A stretch of DNA of 39,224 nucleotides from the NCBI GenBank assembly GCA_023819505.1, contig JAMWCN010000002.1:1-39224 (forward strand), read 5' to 3'. Below, one piece after another: positions 8,812-17,295 of the stretch (position 1 is the first letter of the stretch; every line of letters starts with the position of its first letter). The notes beneath the pieces are model-generated. The model saw only the letters and a list, made by a program, of their open reading frames with translations, made no database searches and was not told the DNA's origin. The position numbers and the translations under genes are program-made. The DNA is from Candidatus Omnitrophota bacterium. GTDB lineage: Bacteria; Omnitrophota; Gorgyraeia; Gygaellales; JAMWCP01.

Positions 8812-10453
8812 CGTAGTCAAGTTCTTCTTTAATAAGGAGCTCCTGTGCAAATCTATCTAAAAGAGCCTCTTCTCTTCTAAGGAGTTCTTCTACCTCCTTT
8901 AGACATTCTTGTAAAATTTCTTGAGTTTCATTGTTAAGTTCTTCTTTTACTTTCTCTGATAAAAACGAAACTTTTTCTCCCCGGTATGCTCCCATACTTG
9001 GATGCATTGTTTCAAGGAGAGTATAATCACCTACACGATTTGATTTCCCCATACCATACTTCCAGACCATCTGATGGGCATACCACATTGCCTGACGAAA
9101 ATCTTCAGAAACACCAGTGGTGGTGGTGCCAAATTTTAATTTTTCTGCCACATAGGAGCCTAAATAGGATTTTATATTACCTAAAAATTCTTCCCGAGTA
9201 TGGACATGGAGTTCTTCGCGGGGATGAGGAACAACCATACCTAATGCCTCACCTCTAGAGGCAATAGAGATCTTAAATACATCCTTAAAGGGCTGTAAAA
9301 AATATGTAGCAATAGCATGACCTGCCTCATGATAGGCAACCTTTTTTCTTTCCTCTTCGCTGAATACCCTTTTATGTTTTATACCCATCTCTACCCTTTC
9401 TAAAGCCTCAGTAATCTCTTTCATACCGATTGCTTCCTTTTTATTTCTTACTGCGATAAGAGCGGATTCTCTTACTAAATTAGCAATATCCGCAGGGGTC
9501 TTATATACAGTCATCCGTGCCAGTCTTTTTATATCTATAGAGGAATCATACTTTACATCTTTTAAATAATACTGAAATAGTTTTTCTCTTTCTTCTAAAT
9601 TTGGTAAGTCCACATATATCTTTCTATCAAATCTTCCCGGTCTTAAAAGTGCAGGGTCTAAAAAACTCTCTGGAGCATTGGTTGCACCGATAACTACAAT
9701 ATTGTAATCTCTTTCCTTTAACCCATCCATCTCTACTAAAAGTTGATTTAAGGTGGTATTAAATTCAGTCTGCCCTCCAAAACCTCTATCTACTGACCGC
9801 TGCGCTCCCACTGCATCCAGTTCGTCAATAAAGACGATACATCCACCTTCAGCATAGGCTAAGTTTCTTGCTTGTTTAAAAAGTTTTCGAATTCTTGATG
9901 CCCCTACTCCTACAAACATCTCTACAAATTCTGAACCAGACATAGAAAGAAAAGGTAAATTTGCCTCGGTAGCAATTGCCTTTGCCAGATATGTTTTTCC
10001 ACAGCCAGGTGGACCAATCATCAATATTCCTCTTAATATTTTTCCACCGATACGTTTAAGTTGTGCCCGGTCAGTGATTAATCTTACTACCTCTATTGCC
10101 TCTTGCTTTGCTTCCTCCATCCCAATAACATCATCCCAGTGGATACTGATCTCTTGTCCCTGGATTGCCTTTTTGCCCAGACGGGTAAACTGTATATGTC
10201 CTCCGCGCATTATCCATATCCACATCAAGCCCCACAAAGGCATAGAGATAACATAGACCGCAATCCATATATAAAAGGTTATTCCTGATTGTGCTAGAAT
10301 AGATTTTTTAAAATAGGATTCTGAGCTTATCCAGGCAGATATGGCATTACGTAAAAAGATAATTACCGAGATAAGCAGGCATATACTTAAGATAGCCACG
10401 ATTAAGCCAATCCAGTGGAATTTTATAAATAACTTAATCTTACGCAGGTTCAT
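8759..10453 (-). CDS. ftsH: FtsH-family AAA+ zinc metalloprotease with a very short periplasmic loop
   Basis: Walker A GPPGCGKT, Walker [33 protein letters not shown] and zinc motif HEAGHA. Two N-terminal TM helices are separated by only about 25 residues. ATG 10453 preferred over TTG 10489 because that TTG is part of a -35-like TTGACT. Confidence 0.88.
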   Translation of the reverse strand: MNLRKIKLFIKFHWIGLIVAILSICLLISVIIFLRNAISAWISSESYFKKSILAQSGITFYIWIAVYVISMPLWGLMWIWIMRGGHIQFTRLGKKAIQGQEISIHWDDVIGMEEAKQEAIEVVRLITDRAQLKRIGGKILRGILMIGPPGCGKTYLAKAIATEANLPFLSMSGSEFVEMFVGVGASRIRKLFKQARNLAYAEGGCIVFIDELDAVGAQRSVDRGFGGQTEFNTTLNQLLVEMDGLKERDYNIVVIGATNAPESFLDPALLRPGRFDRKIYVDLPNLEEREKLFQYYLKDVKYDSSIDIKRLARMTVYKTPADIANLVRESALIAVRNKKEAIGMKEITEALERVEMGIKHKRVFSEEERKKVAYHEAGHAIATYFLQPFKDVFKISIASRGEALGMVVPHPREELHVHTREEFLGNIKSYLGSYVAEKLKFGTTTTGVSEDFRQAMWYAHQMVWKYGMGKSNRVGDYTLLETMHPSMGAYRGEKVSFLSEKVKEELNNETQEILQECLKEVEELLRREEALLDRFAQELLIKEELDYDEIEAIFKEYGKSRPMS

Positions 10454-10460
10454 ACTTTTT

Positions 10461-10489
10461 AAAATAACATAATTTTTTAAAAAAGTCAA
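10461..10489 (-). promoter_or_regulatory. Sigma70-like promoter of the ftsH-like gene, leaderless configuration
   Basis: On the minus strand: TTGACT (10489-10484), 17-nt spacer, TATTTT (10466-10461), 7 nt, then ATG (10453). No SD. Confidence 0.5.
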
Positions 10490-10565
10490 CTTCTTATTCT
10501 ATAAGCTGTAACCGCAATATAATAATGTCCTAATTGGGCAAAATAGATTTGTCCGCTTTTTAAAC

Positions 10566-10574
10566 TGCTATAAT
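10566..10574 (+). promoter_or_regulatory. Extended -10 promoter element TGcTATAAT
   Basis: TG at 10566-10567, one base, then a perfect TATAAT at 10569-10574. It lies 13 nt upstream of the SD core of the small ORF. Confidence 0.45.
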
Positions 10575-10597
10575 ACCTTCCAAAAAAGGAGGGCATT

Positions 10598-10669
10598 ATG
10601 AGCCAAAAGGAGTTAAAGCGAGTTATTAACCCTTACAAAACTAAATACCCAGACTTTGCCCTACCTTAG
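10598..10669 (+). CDS. Candidate 23-aa small ORF (MSQKELKRVINPYKTKYPDFALP)
   Basis: SD AAGGAGGG (10586-10593) 4 nt upstream of the ATG, with the extended -10 further upstream. Too short for composition statistics and no homology is known to me. Confidence 0.35.
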   Translation: MSQKELKRVINPYKTKYPDFALP

Positions 10670-10847
10670 CAACTGAAAACTCTTAGAGTTAAATAAGATC
10701 AAATTAAAAAGAGACCTTAAGGAAATGACTAATTGATGAGGACTTATGGATAATTACAATAAACTTTGAAGAGAAAGAAGAAATCTTAGTAGGTGCTCTT
10801 TAAAATATGAAATTTCTATATTGTTTTTACACAATATAAAAAAATAC

Positions 10848-10875
10848 TTGACAAGGCCTATTTTTTATTTAAAAT
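10848..10875 (+). promoter_or_regulatory. Sigma70-like promoter upstream of the glutamate-synthase-family gene
   Basis: TTGACA (10848-10853), 16-nt spacer, TAAAAT (10870-10875). Confidence 0.5.
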
Positions 10876-10900
10876 TTTTTTATCCATTTTTGATAAAGGC

Positions 10901-10941
10901 AAGGGCGTACAAAGAGAATGCGCCCTTTATTTTTATATTTT
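10901..10941 (+). terminator. Terminator-like hairpin plus T-tract in the 5' leader of gene 10961
   Basis: Stem AAGGGCG (10901-10907) / CGCCCTT (10921-10927) with a 13-nt loop, followed by TATTTTTATATTTT. It sits between the predicted promoter and the SD AAAGGAGG. Confidence 0.45.
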
Positions 10942-10960
10942 AAAAAAAGGAGGTAAAGCT

Positions 10961-12601
10961 ATGATTTCCTGGCCAAAGGCAAACGATGTTTTAGGAACGG
11001 TAAATAGAGGAAATCCTACTGAATCAGGACTTTGTACTTTATGTCGTGTGGACTGTCAAGGAAAATGTGAAACTTGGCTTTCATCTTTAAGGGGAAGAAA
11101 GCTCCTTTATCCACGCGATTATAGTTTTGTTACTGCAGGAAGTGGCAACACTACCCATTTAGGTATAGGGTATCATTCTTTGCGTATTAACGGTTATCTC
11201 TATGGAGCAGAGGCGATTCCTAAAGGTTTAACTAATTCTGAGGATGATTGTATCTTTCCAAATGTCAATTTGGAAACAGAATTTGGGCAAGAGATAAAAA
11301 CAAAAGTGCGCCTTCCTATAATGACAGGAGCTTTGGGTTCTACTTTTGTAGCAGCAAAATACTGGGAATCATTTGCAATTGGGGCAGCTTTGGTAGGATT
11401 TCCTATCGTAGTAGGAGAGAATGTTGTAGGAGTTGACAAAGAAGCAGAGATAAAAAATGGAAGGATTTTAAAAGCTCCGGAGATGGATCGTAGGATTCAG
11501 ACCTATCTACGTTATTTTGACGGCTACGGTGCAATTTTAGTGCAGATGAATGTAGAAGACAGTCGTAATGGTGTTGCGGAGTATGTTATAGATAAATATG
11601 GTGATAAAGTAATTATTGAGCTTAAATGGGGCCAAGGAGCAAAATGTATTGGTGGAGAGATCCAAGTAACCAGCTTAGAATACGCTTTATTTTTAAAAAA
11701 ACGTGGTTATCTGGTAGATCCGGATCCAGAAAAACCAGAAGTTCAAGAAGCATTTAAACAGGGAGCAATTAAATCCTTTGCTAGGCATTCCCGATTAGGT
11801 TATACAAGTTTATCTTCAGCTGAAAAAGTAAGGGATAATTTTATGCAGATGATAAAAAAACTACGTAAACTTGGATATAGAAGGATATCTTTAAAAACAG
11901 GCTCTTACGGTATGGAAGCTTTAGCTATGGCTATAAAATTTGCTTCTGATGCAAAGTTAGATTTACTTACCATTGATGGTTCAGGAGGTGGAACAGGGAT
12001 GTCTCCTTGGAATATGATGGAGAACTGGGGAGTTCCTTCTTTGCTTCTGCATAGCAAAGCATATGAGTATGCTAATATTTTAGCTAAGAAAGGTAAAAAA
12101 GTTGTAGATATGGCTTTTGCAGGAGGATTTGCCAGAGAAGATCACATCTTTAAAGCACTTGCTTTAGGAGCTCCTTTTGTAAAGGTTGTATGTATGGGAA
12201 GAGCAACAATGATTCCTGGTTTCTTAGGCTCTAATATCCAGGGAGTATTAAAACCCCAGGATAAAGAAAAAGTCCATGGGAATTGGGATAAATTACCTGC
12301 TTCTGTTTCTGAATTTGGACAGACCGCTGAAGAGATATTTGCAGGATATTACGATGTGCAGAAAAAAGTGGGGAAAGAGGAGATGAAAAATATTCCCTAT
12401 GGAGCAATAGCTATTTGGACTTTATGCGATAAACTTGCCTGTGGTTTACAGCAACTTCTGGCAGGTGCACGCAAGTTTTCAGTTAAAGCAATTACAAGAT
12501 CCGATATATCTTCTGCTAATCGCGAAACCGAAAAGGAAACAGGCATCCCATTTATTACGGATTTAGAAGATATTAAAGCAAAAAAGATCCTTAAGGGATA
12601 A
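10961..12601 (+). CDS. FMN-binding glutamate synthase family protein (GltB central-domain-like)
   Basis: KWGQGAKCIGGEI and IDGSGGGTGMSPW motifs of the glutamate synthase FMN domain. N-terminal Cys cluster CTLCRVDCQGKCE. Strong SD. Confidence 0.85.
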   Translation: MISWPKANDVLGTVNRGNPTESGLCTLCRVDCQGKCETWLSSLRGRKLLYPRDYSFVTAGSGNTTHLGIGYHSLRINGYLYGAEAIPKGLTNSEDDCIFPNVNLETEFGQEIKTKVRLPIMTGALGSTFVAAKYWESFAIGAALVGFPIVVGENVVGVDKEAEIKNGRILKAPEMDRRIQTYLRYFDGYGAILVQMNVEDSRNGVAEYVIDKYGDKVIIELKWGQGAKCIGGEIQVTSLEYALFLKKRGYLVDPDPEKPEVQEAFKQGAIKSFARHSRLGYTSLSSAEKVRDNFMQMIKKLRKLGYRRISLKTGSYGMEALAMAIKFASDAKLDLLTIDGSGGGTGMSPWNMMENWGVPSLLLHSKAYEYANILAKKGKKVVDMAFAGGFAREDHIFKALALGAPFVKVVCMGRATMIPGFLGSNIQGVLKPQDKEKVHGNWDKLPASVSEFGQTAEEIFAGYYDVQKKVGKEEMKNIPYGAIAIWTLCDKLACGLQQLLAGARKFSVKAITRSDISSANRETEKETGIPFITDLEDIKAKKILKG

Positions 12602-12665
12602 AAGAATATTTTTTAAAATTATCTTTTTGTTTTAGAACTGATTCCCTGTATACAGATGGGTGAGT

Positions 12666-13775
12666 TTAATATTGCTGGGGCTTGCCAATTAAATAACCCT
12701 GACCATAATTTACACCTAAAGAGAGGAGAGTTTTTAGTTCTTGATCAGTTTCTATTCCCTCAGCGATCGTTAAGATATTTATCTTTTTTGCTAGTTCTAC
12801 AATTAGCTGGATAATAGTAGATTTAGTTTGGTCTTTATCAACATTACGCACTATATCAATATCTATTTTTATAAATGTAGGTTTAAGTTCTACAATTGCT
12901 TTAAGCGAAGAATAACCTTCTCCCACATCATCGATAGCAAACTTTATTTCCTTCTTTTTAAACTCACTTATAGTAGAGGATAACTTAGCAAAATTTTTTA
13001 TAAAGGTCCTTTCAGTAATCTCAAAGCAGATTTGGGAATTTTTAAGAGCAGATTTTTTCAAGAAGGAGAGTCCCTTAAATTCTGGTAAATCTAAGAATAT
13101 AGGATCGACATTTAAAAAAAGATATTGATCAGCTGAGATAAAACTTGCTTTCTCTATCGCTAAAGATAAAGCAAGGAGTTCTACTTCCAAAAACATATTT
13201 TCTTCTGTGGCAAAGCTAAAAAGGGTAGTTGCATCCTCAAAGATACTATCCTTTGGTCCTCTGCTGAATACCTCATAACCAATGACTTTTTGATTTAGAA
13301 GATCGATGATGGGTTGAAAAAATATCCTTAAGTTTTTATTATCGATAATTTTTCTTAATTCAATTATTTTTTCAGTTCTTTTTTCTTTTATCCCAGAATC
13401 AGGTATAGGAAGTTTTGCCCTTATCCTGGCAAGGATCTCTTCTAAAGAGAAAGTTTTGCAGATATAATCAGCTACCCCTAAATTGAATGCCTCCACCTTA
13501 TCTATAGTTCTATCTTCACAAGTTAACATAATTACAGGTATGTGTTTAGTGGAAGGGTCTTCCTTTATCTGACGGCAGACCTCATGACCGTTTCTTTTGG
13601 GTAGATTTAAATCTAAGAGGATTAGATCCGGAAGATTCTTATGCGCAAGGATTAAACCTTCATCTGGTTCCAATGCACTGATTACACTGAAACCATAATT
13701 TTCTAAAAATATCTTCATCGTCTCTATAAAATCAGGTTCATCATCGATAATTAAAATCTTCTTTTTTATTTCCAT
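12666..13775 (-). CDS. Response regulator receiver + EAL domain protein (putative c-di-GMP phosphodiesterase)
   Basis: REC: ILIIDDEPDF ... DLILLDLNLPKRNG. EAL domain: EVFSR (EAL position), NVDP, EITE, DDVGEGYSS, KIDIDI, EGIETDQE, GQGYLIGKP. Confidence 0.88.
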   Translation of the reverse strand: MEIKKKILIIDDEPDFIETMKIFLENYGFSVISALEPDEGLILAHKNLPDLILLDLNLPKRNGHEVCRQIKEDPSTKHIPVIMLTCEDRTIDKVEAFNLGVADYICKTFSLEEILARIRAKLPIPDSGIKEKRTEKIIELRKIIDNKNLRIFFQPIIDLLNQKVIGYEVFSRGPKDSIFEDATTLFSFATEENMFLEVELLALSLAIEKASFISADQYLFLNVDPIFLDLPEFKGLSFLKKSALKNSQICFEITERTFIKNFAKLSSTISEFKKKEIKFAIDDVGEGYSSLKAIVELKPTFIKIDIDIVRNVDKDQTKSTIIQLIVELAKKINILTIAEGIETDQELKTLLSLGVNYGQGYLIGKPQQY

Positions 13776-13786
13776 AAGTAATAAAT

Positions 13787-13815
13787 ATTATATATTAAAA
13801 GATAACTTTTTCCAA
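13787..13815 (-). promoter_or_regulatory. Sigma70-like promoter of the REC-EAL gene with a very short leader
   Basis: On the minus strand: TTGGAA (13815-13810), 17-nt spacer, TATAAT (13792-13787), 11 nt, then ATG (13775). No SD. Confidence 0.45.
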
Positions 13816-13821
13816 CAACTA

Positions 13822-13850
13822 TTTACTGAACTGAATTCTTATATTATAAT
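13822..13850 (+). promoter_or_regulatory. Sigma70-like promoter of the M48 protease gene, leaderless configuration
   Basis: TTTACT (13822-13827), 17-nt spacer, TATAAT (13845-13850), 7 nt, then ATG (13858). No SD. Confidence 0.5.
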
Positions 13851-13857
13851 AAAATCG

Positions 13858-14955
13858 ATGCAGGCTTTAAGTAAGAGATACTGGAGGATAAAGTATAGTC
13901 TGGCAATTTCAGAGGTTATCTATATTCTGTTGATTTTATTCCTTTTTTTAAATTTTGGTCTTTCCAAAAAAATTTCTATATCTATATTTAGTCTAACAGG
14001 CTATAAATACATAGGAGTTATAATTTATCTTTTAGTAATTTATTTAATTTATTCTATTTTAATTTTCCCTTTAGATTTTTTTCAATCCTTTATATTAGAA
14101 CATAAATTTCATCTCTCTAATCAGAAACTGATTGACTGGTTTAAAGACTGGTTAAAACAGAAATTTATATTTTATATCATCAGTTTAATTTTGATAGAAT
14201 TCTTCTATTTTAGTTTAAGCTACAGTCCCCGATATTGGTGGATATTGATTTCGGGATTTTGGATACTTTTAAGTTTAATTTTAGCAAAACTTATTCCTAT
14301 ATTTATATTGCCTCTGTTTTTTAAATATAAAAGATTAAATGATGAGGACTTAAGAGAGCGTATAATAAAACTAGCCAATAGAATGAAAATTGCTTTACTA
14401 GATGTTTTTGAAATTGATTTAAGTAAAAAAACTTTAAAGGCAAATGCAGCTTTTGTAGGATTGGGTAAAAGTAAACGCGTTTTATTGGCAGATACCTTAA
14501 AAGGTAAATACACACCTCAAGAGATAGAGTTGATTTTAGCCCATGAATTTAGCCATTACCGTTTAGCTCATCTTTTAAAACTTATTTTTCTGGAAGCCTG
14601 TCTTATAACTTCTAATTTCTATATTATTTATGGAACTGTAGGTTATTTTTTAAAAAAATATCATCTTATAAGTTTAGAGGACTTGGCCAGTTTACCTATC
14701 ATTTTTATTTATTTTATTATCTGGGCAATTGTAACCTCACCTCTTAAGAATTTTATCAGTAGAATCTTTGAGAAGAATGCAGATATTTTAGCAATCAAAA
14801 TCACGGGATTAAAAGAGGATTTTATCTCTTTGATGGAAAAGATATCCTTACAGAATCTATCTGATCGTAATCCCCCTCCGATAATTAAATTCTTCTTCTT
14901 TGATCACCCACCAATAGATGAAAGAATAAAACTAATCAATAAACTTGATCTTTAA
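13858..14955 (+). CDS. M48 family (Ste24/HtpX-like) integral membrane zinc metalloprotease
   Basis: Multi-TM N-terminal half, HEXXH motif (LAHEFSHY) and downstream FEKNADILA. Confidence 0.85.
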   Translation: MQALSKRYWRIKYSLAISEVIYILLILFLFLNFGLSKKISISIFSLTGYKYIGVIIYLLVIYLIYSILIFPLDFFQSFILEHKFHLSNQKLIDWFKDWLKQKFIFYIISLILIEFFYFSLSYSPRYWWILISGFWILLSLILAKLIPIFILPLFFKYKRLNDEDLRERIIKLANRMKIALLDVFEIDLSKKTLKANAAFVGLGKSKRVLLADTLKGKYTPQEIELILAHEFSHYRLAHLLKLIFLEACLITSNFYIIYGTVGYFLKKYHLISLEDLASLPIIFIYFIIWAIVTSPLKNFISRIFEKNADILAIKITGLKEDFISLMEKISLQNLSDRNPPPIIKFFFFDHPPIDERIKLINKLDL

Positions 14956-14957
14956 TT

Positions 14958-16163
14958 TTAAACACCCAAACTTTTTAATATTGGTATTGCATACTTTACA
15001 ATTTCTGGATCGAACTGTTTACCAGAAAGCGCTTTTATTTTTTCACAGGCAATCCAAGGACTTAAAGGAGGTCGATAAGGCCTATTAGAAGTCATGGCAT
15101 CAAAAGCATCACAGATACATAATATGCGTGCTCCTAAAGGTATATTTTCTTTCTTTAATCCATAAGGATAACCTTTACCATTAAAATGTTCATGATGGTA
15201 GAATGCTATAGGGATCAATTCTTCTAAAGAAGGGGCCATCCTTAAAATCTTTTCTGTCATAAGTACATGTTGAGTTACTCTTTGAAATTCCTTTTTAGTT
15301 AAAGTGGTAGGTTTATTAAGAATATTTTTTGGTATAGTAAGTTTTCCTATATCGTGGATAAGACCTGCCCATTTTATTTTAGTTACCTCATCATGCTCCA
15401 ACTTCATAGCTAAAGCAATCGCCATTGCATAACAGGAAACCCTTAAAGAATGTCCGGCACTGAATGGTTGGCGCATATCGATAGATTGAGCAACTACCTC
15501 TAAAGTTAAACCGATCGCATCTATACCCCTCTTTATTTTAAAAGGATAAATTTTAGACTTTGATTCTTTAAATAAATTAGGAATATTTTTATTATTTACT
15601 ATAGAATAGAAAAAATTTTTCTTTCTTAATTCTCCAATTGCTTTTTCTCCTAAAGAGTGAGAAAATTCTTTGTTTTCTGAACCCTTTATTTTTTTAACGA
15701 TTTCAGCTAAAGTGATATTTTTTTTCTTATTAATCCAGATATCTATAAAATCAGCTAAACGTATAATTTGACTTCCTTCAGGGATATCTTTTGCCTTTTT
15801 TGCTGTAGGGTAGCCTTTTCCATCGAAAGTTTCATGGTGGTTTAAAACTATTTGGGCAGATTTCTCCATAGAAGGAATTAACGAGATAAGTTGGGAACCA
15901 ATAATAGGATGGGAAAGTAATAGATTAATATTTTTGGGATTTGGTTTTATAAGGTAGTGGATTATATGATGAGGAAGTCCAATGCTTCCTAAATCATGAA
16001 GTAAAGCTGCATAAAATGTAGTTGATTTATCAGAGACTAAAATCTTTTGGGTAAGGATAGCTACTCGCCAGTGGTGATAAAGATTGCGACTGTTTTCTAT
16101 ATCTATTATATAACTTAAAGTAGTAAGAATTTCATCGACAGTTTTAGTAGGATATAATTTCAT
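14958..16163 (-). CDS. Tandem HD-GYP domain protein (putative c-di-GMP phosphodiesterase)
   Basis: Two copies of the motif set: LLHDLGSIG + HHETFDGKGYP, and LIHDIGKLTIP + HHEHFNGKGYPYG. No recognisable sensor domain. Confidence 0.85.
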   Translation of the reverse strand: MKLYPTKTVDEILTTLSYIIDIENSRNLYHHWRVAILTQKILVSDKSTTFYAALLHDLGSIGLPHHIIHYLIKPNPKNINLLLSHPIIGSQLISLIPSMEKSAQIVLNHHETFDGKGYPTAKKAKDIPEGSQIIRLADFIDIWINKKKNITLAEIVKKIKGSENKEFSHSLGEKAIGELRKKNFFYSIVNNKNIPNLFKESKSKIYPFKIKRGIDAIGLTLEVVAQSIDMRQPFSAGHSLRVSCYAMAIALAMKLEHDEVTKIKWAGLIHDIGKLTIPKNILNKPTTLTKKEFQRVTQHVLMTEKILRMAPSLEELIPIAFYHHEHFNGKGYPYGLKKENIPLGARILCICDAFDAMTSNRPYRPPLSPWIACEKIKALSGKQFDPEIVKYAIPILKSLGV

Positions 16164-17295
16164 TTAAGAATTTAGAGATTATCTGAGCTGAAAATTGAGT
16201 TGCATTTGGTTTATCTAAAATTCTTCTTATCTGAAAAAGAGAATTTTTCATCTGTTCCATTTTATCCTTATCTGAAATTATAGAGATGATATGATCAGCA
16301 ATAATCTTTGGTTTAGCTTTATACTGAATAAATTCGGGAACAACTTTTTTACCCAACACAATATTTACCATGCCGATAAAAGGTAGTTTTACAAGTGGTC
16401 TTAAGATTAGCCAATTAAGAAAATTCATCCTATATATAATCACCATAGGGATATTTAAAAGAGCAGTCTCTAATGTAGCAGTTCCTGAGGCTACAAGGGC
16501 AAAATCAGATATAGATAATCCATTATAGGTATTATTGGAGAGAATGTAGATAGGTAGGCTATATCTGGGGATAATTTTATAGTATATAGCTTCATCTAAA
16601 TTTTCTGGTTTTAAGATTAAAAATTTTACATCTTCTATTTTTTTAAAAAGTATCTCTGCAGTTTTAAACATTATAGGCAAATTCAACCTCACTTCGTTTA
16701 AACGTGAACCTGGAAGAAGTGAAAATGTATAACGCGTTAAAGGCAGTGAAAATTTTTTTATGATTTCTTCTCTATTTAAAGAAGGTTTGACTATATCTAA
16801 TAGAGGATGACCTACAAAGATAGCTTTTATATTATGCTCTTTATAGAGATCCTCTTCAAATTTAAAGAATACAAGCATAAGGTCAACAGAATCTTTTATC
16901 TTTTTTATCCTAGATGCTCCCCATGCCCAAACTTGAGGACTGATATAGTAGATGATGGAGATAGCCCTCTTCTTTAATTCTTTTGCTAATCTTAAATTAA
17001 ATCCAGGATAATCTACTAAGATAGCTAATTGAGGTTTAATCTGATCTACCCTTTCTAATAAGAGGTTAAAGATATTTTTAAATTTTTTAAAATTTTTTAT
17101 CACTTCCCAGAAACCTATTAAGGATAATTCTACAATATTAGAATATAAAAAAACACCCTCCTTTTGCATACATTTTCCTCCTAAACCGAAGAAGTTTATA
17201 GAAGGGTCTATATTTTTTAATTCTTTTACTAAGTTGGCTGCGTATAAATCCCCAGAAGGATCCCCTGCAACGATTAGAATCTTTTTTTCAGCCAT
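16144..17295 (-). CDS. lpxB: Lipid-A-disaccharide synthase
   Basis: N-terminus ILIVAGDPSGDLYAANLVKELK, and length and overall pattern typical of LpxB. Confidence 0.9.
   Translation of the reverse strand: MAEKKILIVAGDPSGDLYAANLVKELKNIDPSINFFGLGGKCMQKEGVFLYSNIVELSLIGFWEVIKNFKKFKNIFNLLLERVDQIKPQLAILVDYPGFNLRLAKELKKRAISIIYYISPQVWAWGASRIKKIKDSVDLMLVFFKFEEDLYKEHNIKAIFVGHPLLDIVKPSLNREEIIKKFSLPLTRYTFSLLPGSRLNEVRLNLPIMFKTAEILFKKIEDVKFLILKPENLDEAIYYKIIPRYSLPIYILSNNTYNGLSISDFALVASGTATLETALLNIPMVIIYRMNFLNWLILRPLVKLPFIGMVNIVLGKKVVPEFIQYKAKPKIIADHIISIISDKDKMEQMKNSLFQIRRILDKPNATQFSAQIISKFLNEIISY

Noticed and set aside
10598-10900. Idea that MSQKELKR... is the decayed N-terminus of a transposase or HTH gene
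   Set aside because: The resemblance covers only about 8 residues. All frames downstream are saturated with stops, and there are no inverted repeats or target duplications around the region. The idea is unsupported.
12646-12655. 10-bp palindrome CTGTATACAG between the convergent genes 10961..12601 and 12666..13775, considered as a bidirectional terminator
   Set aside because: The stem is too short and AT-rich, there is essentially no loop, and there is no flanking T/A tract of convincing length.
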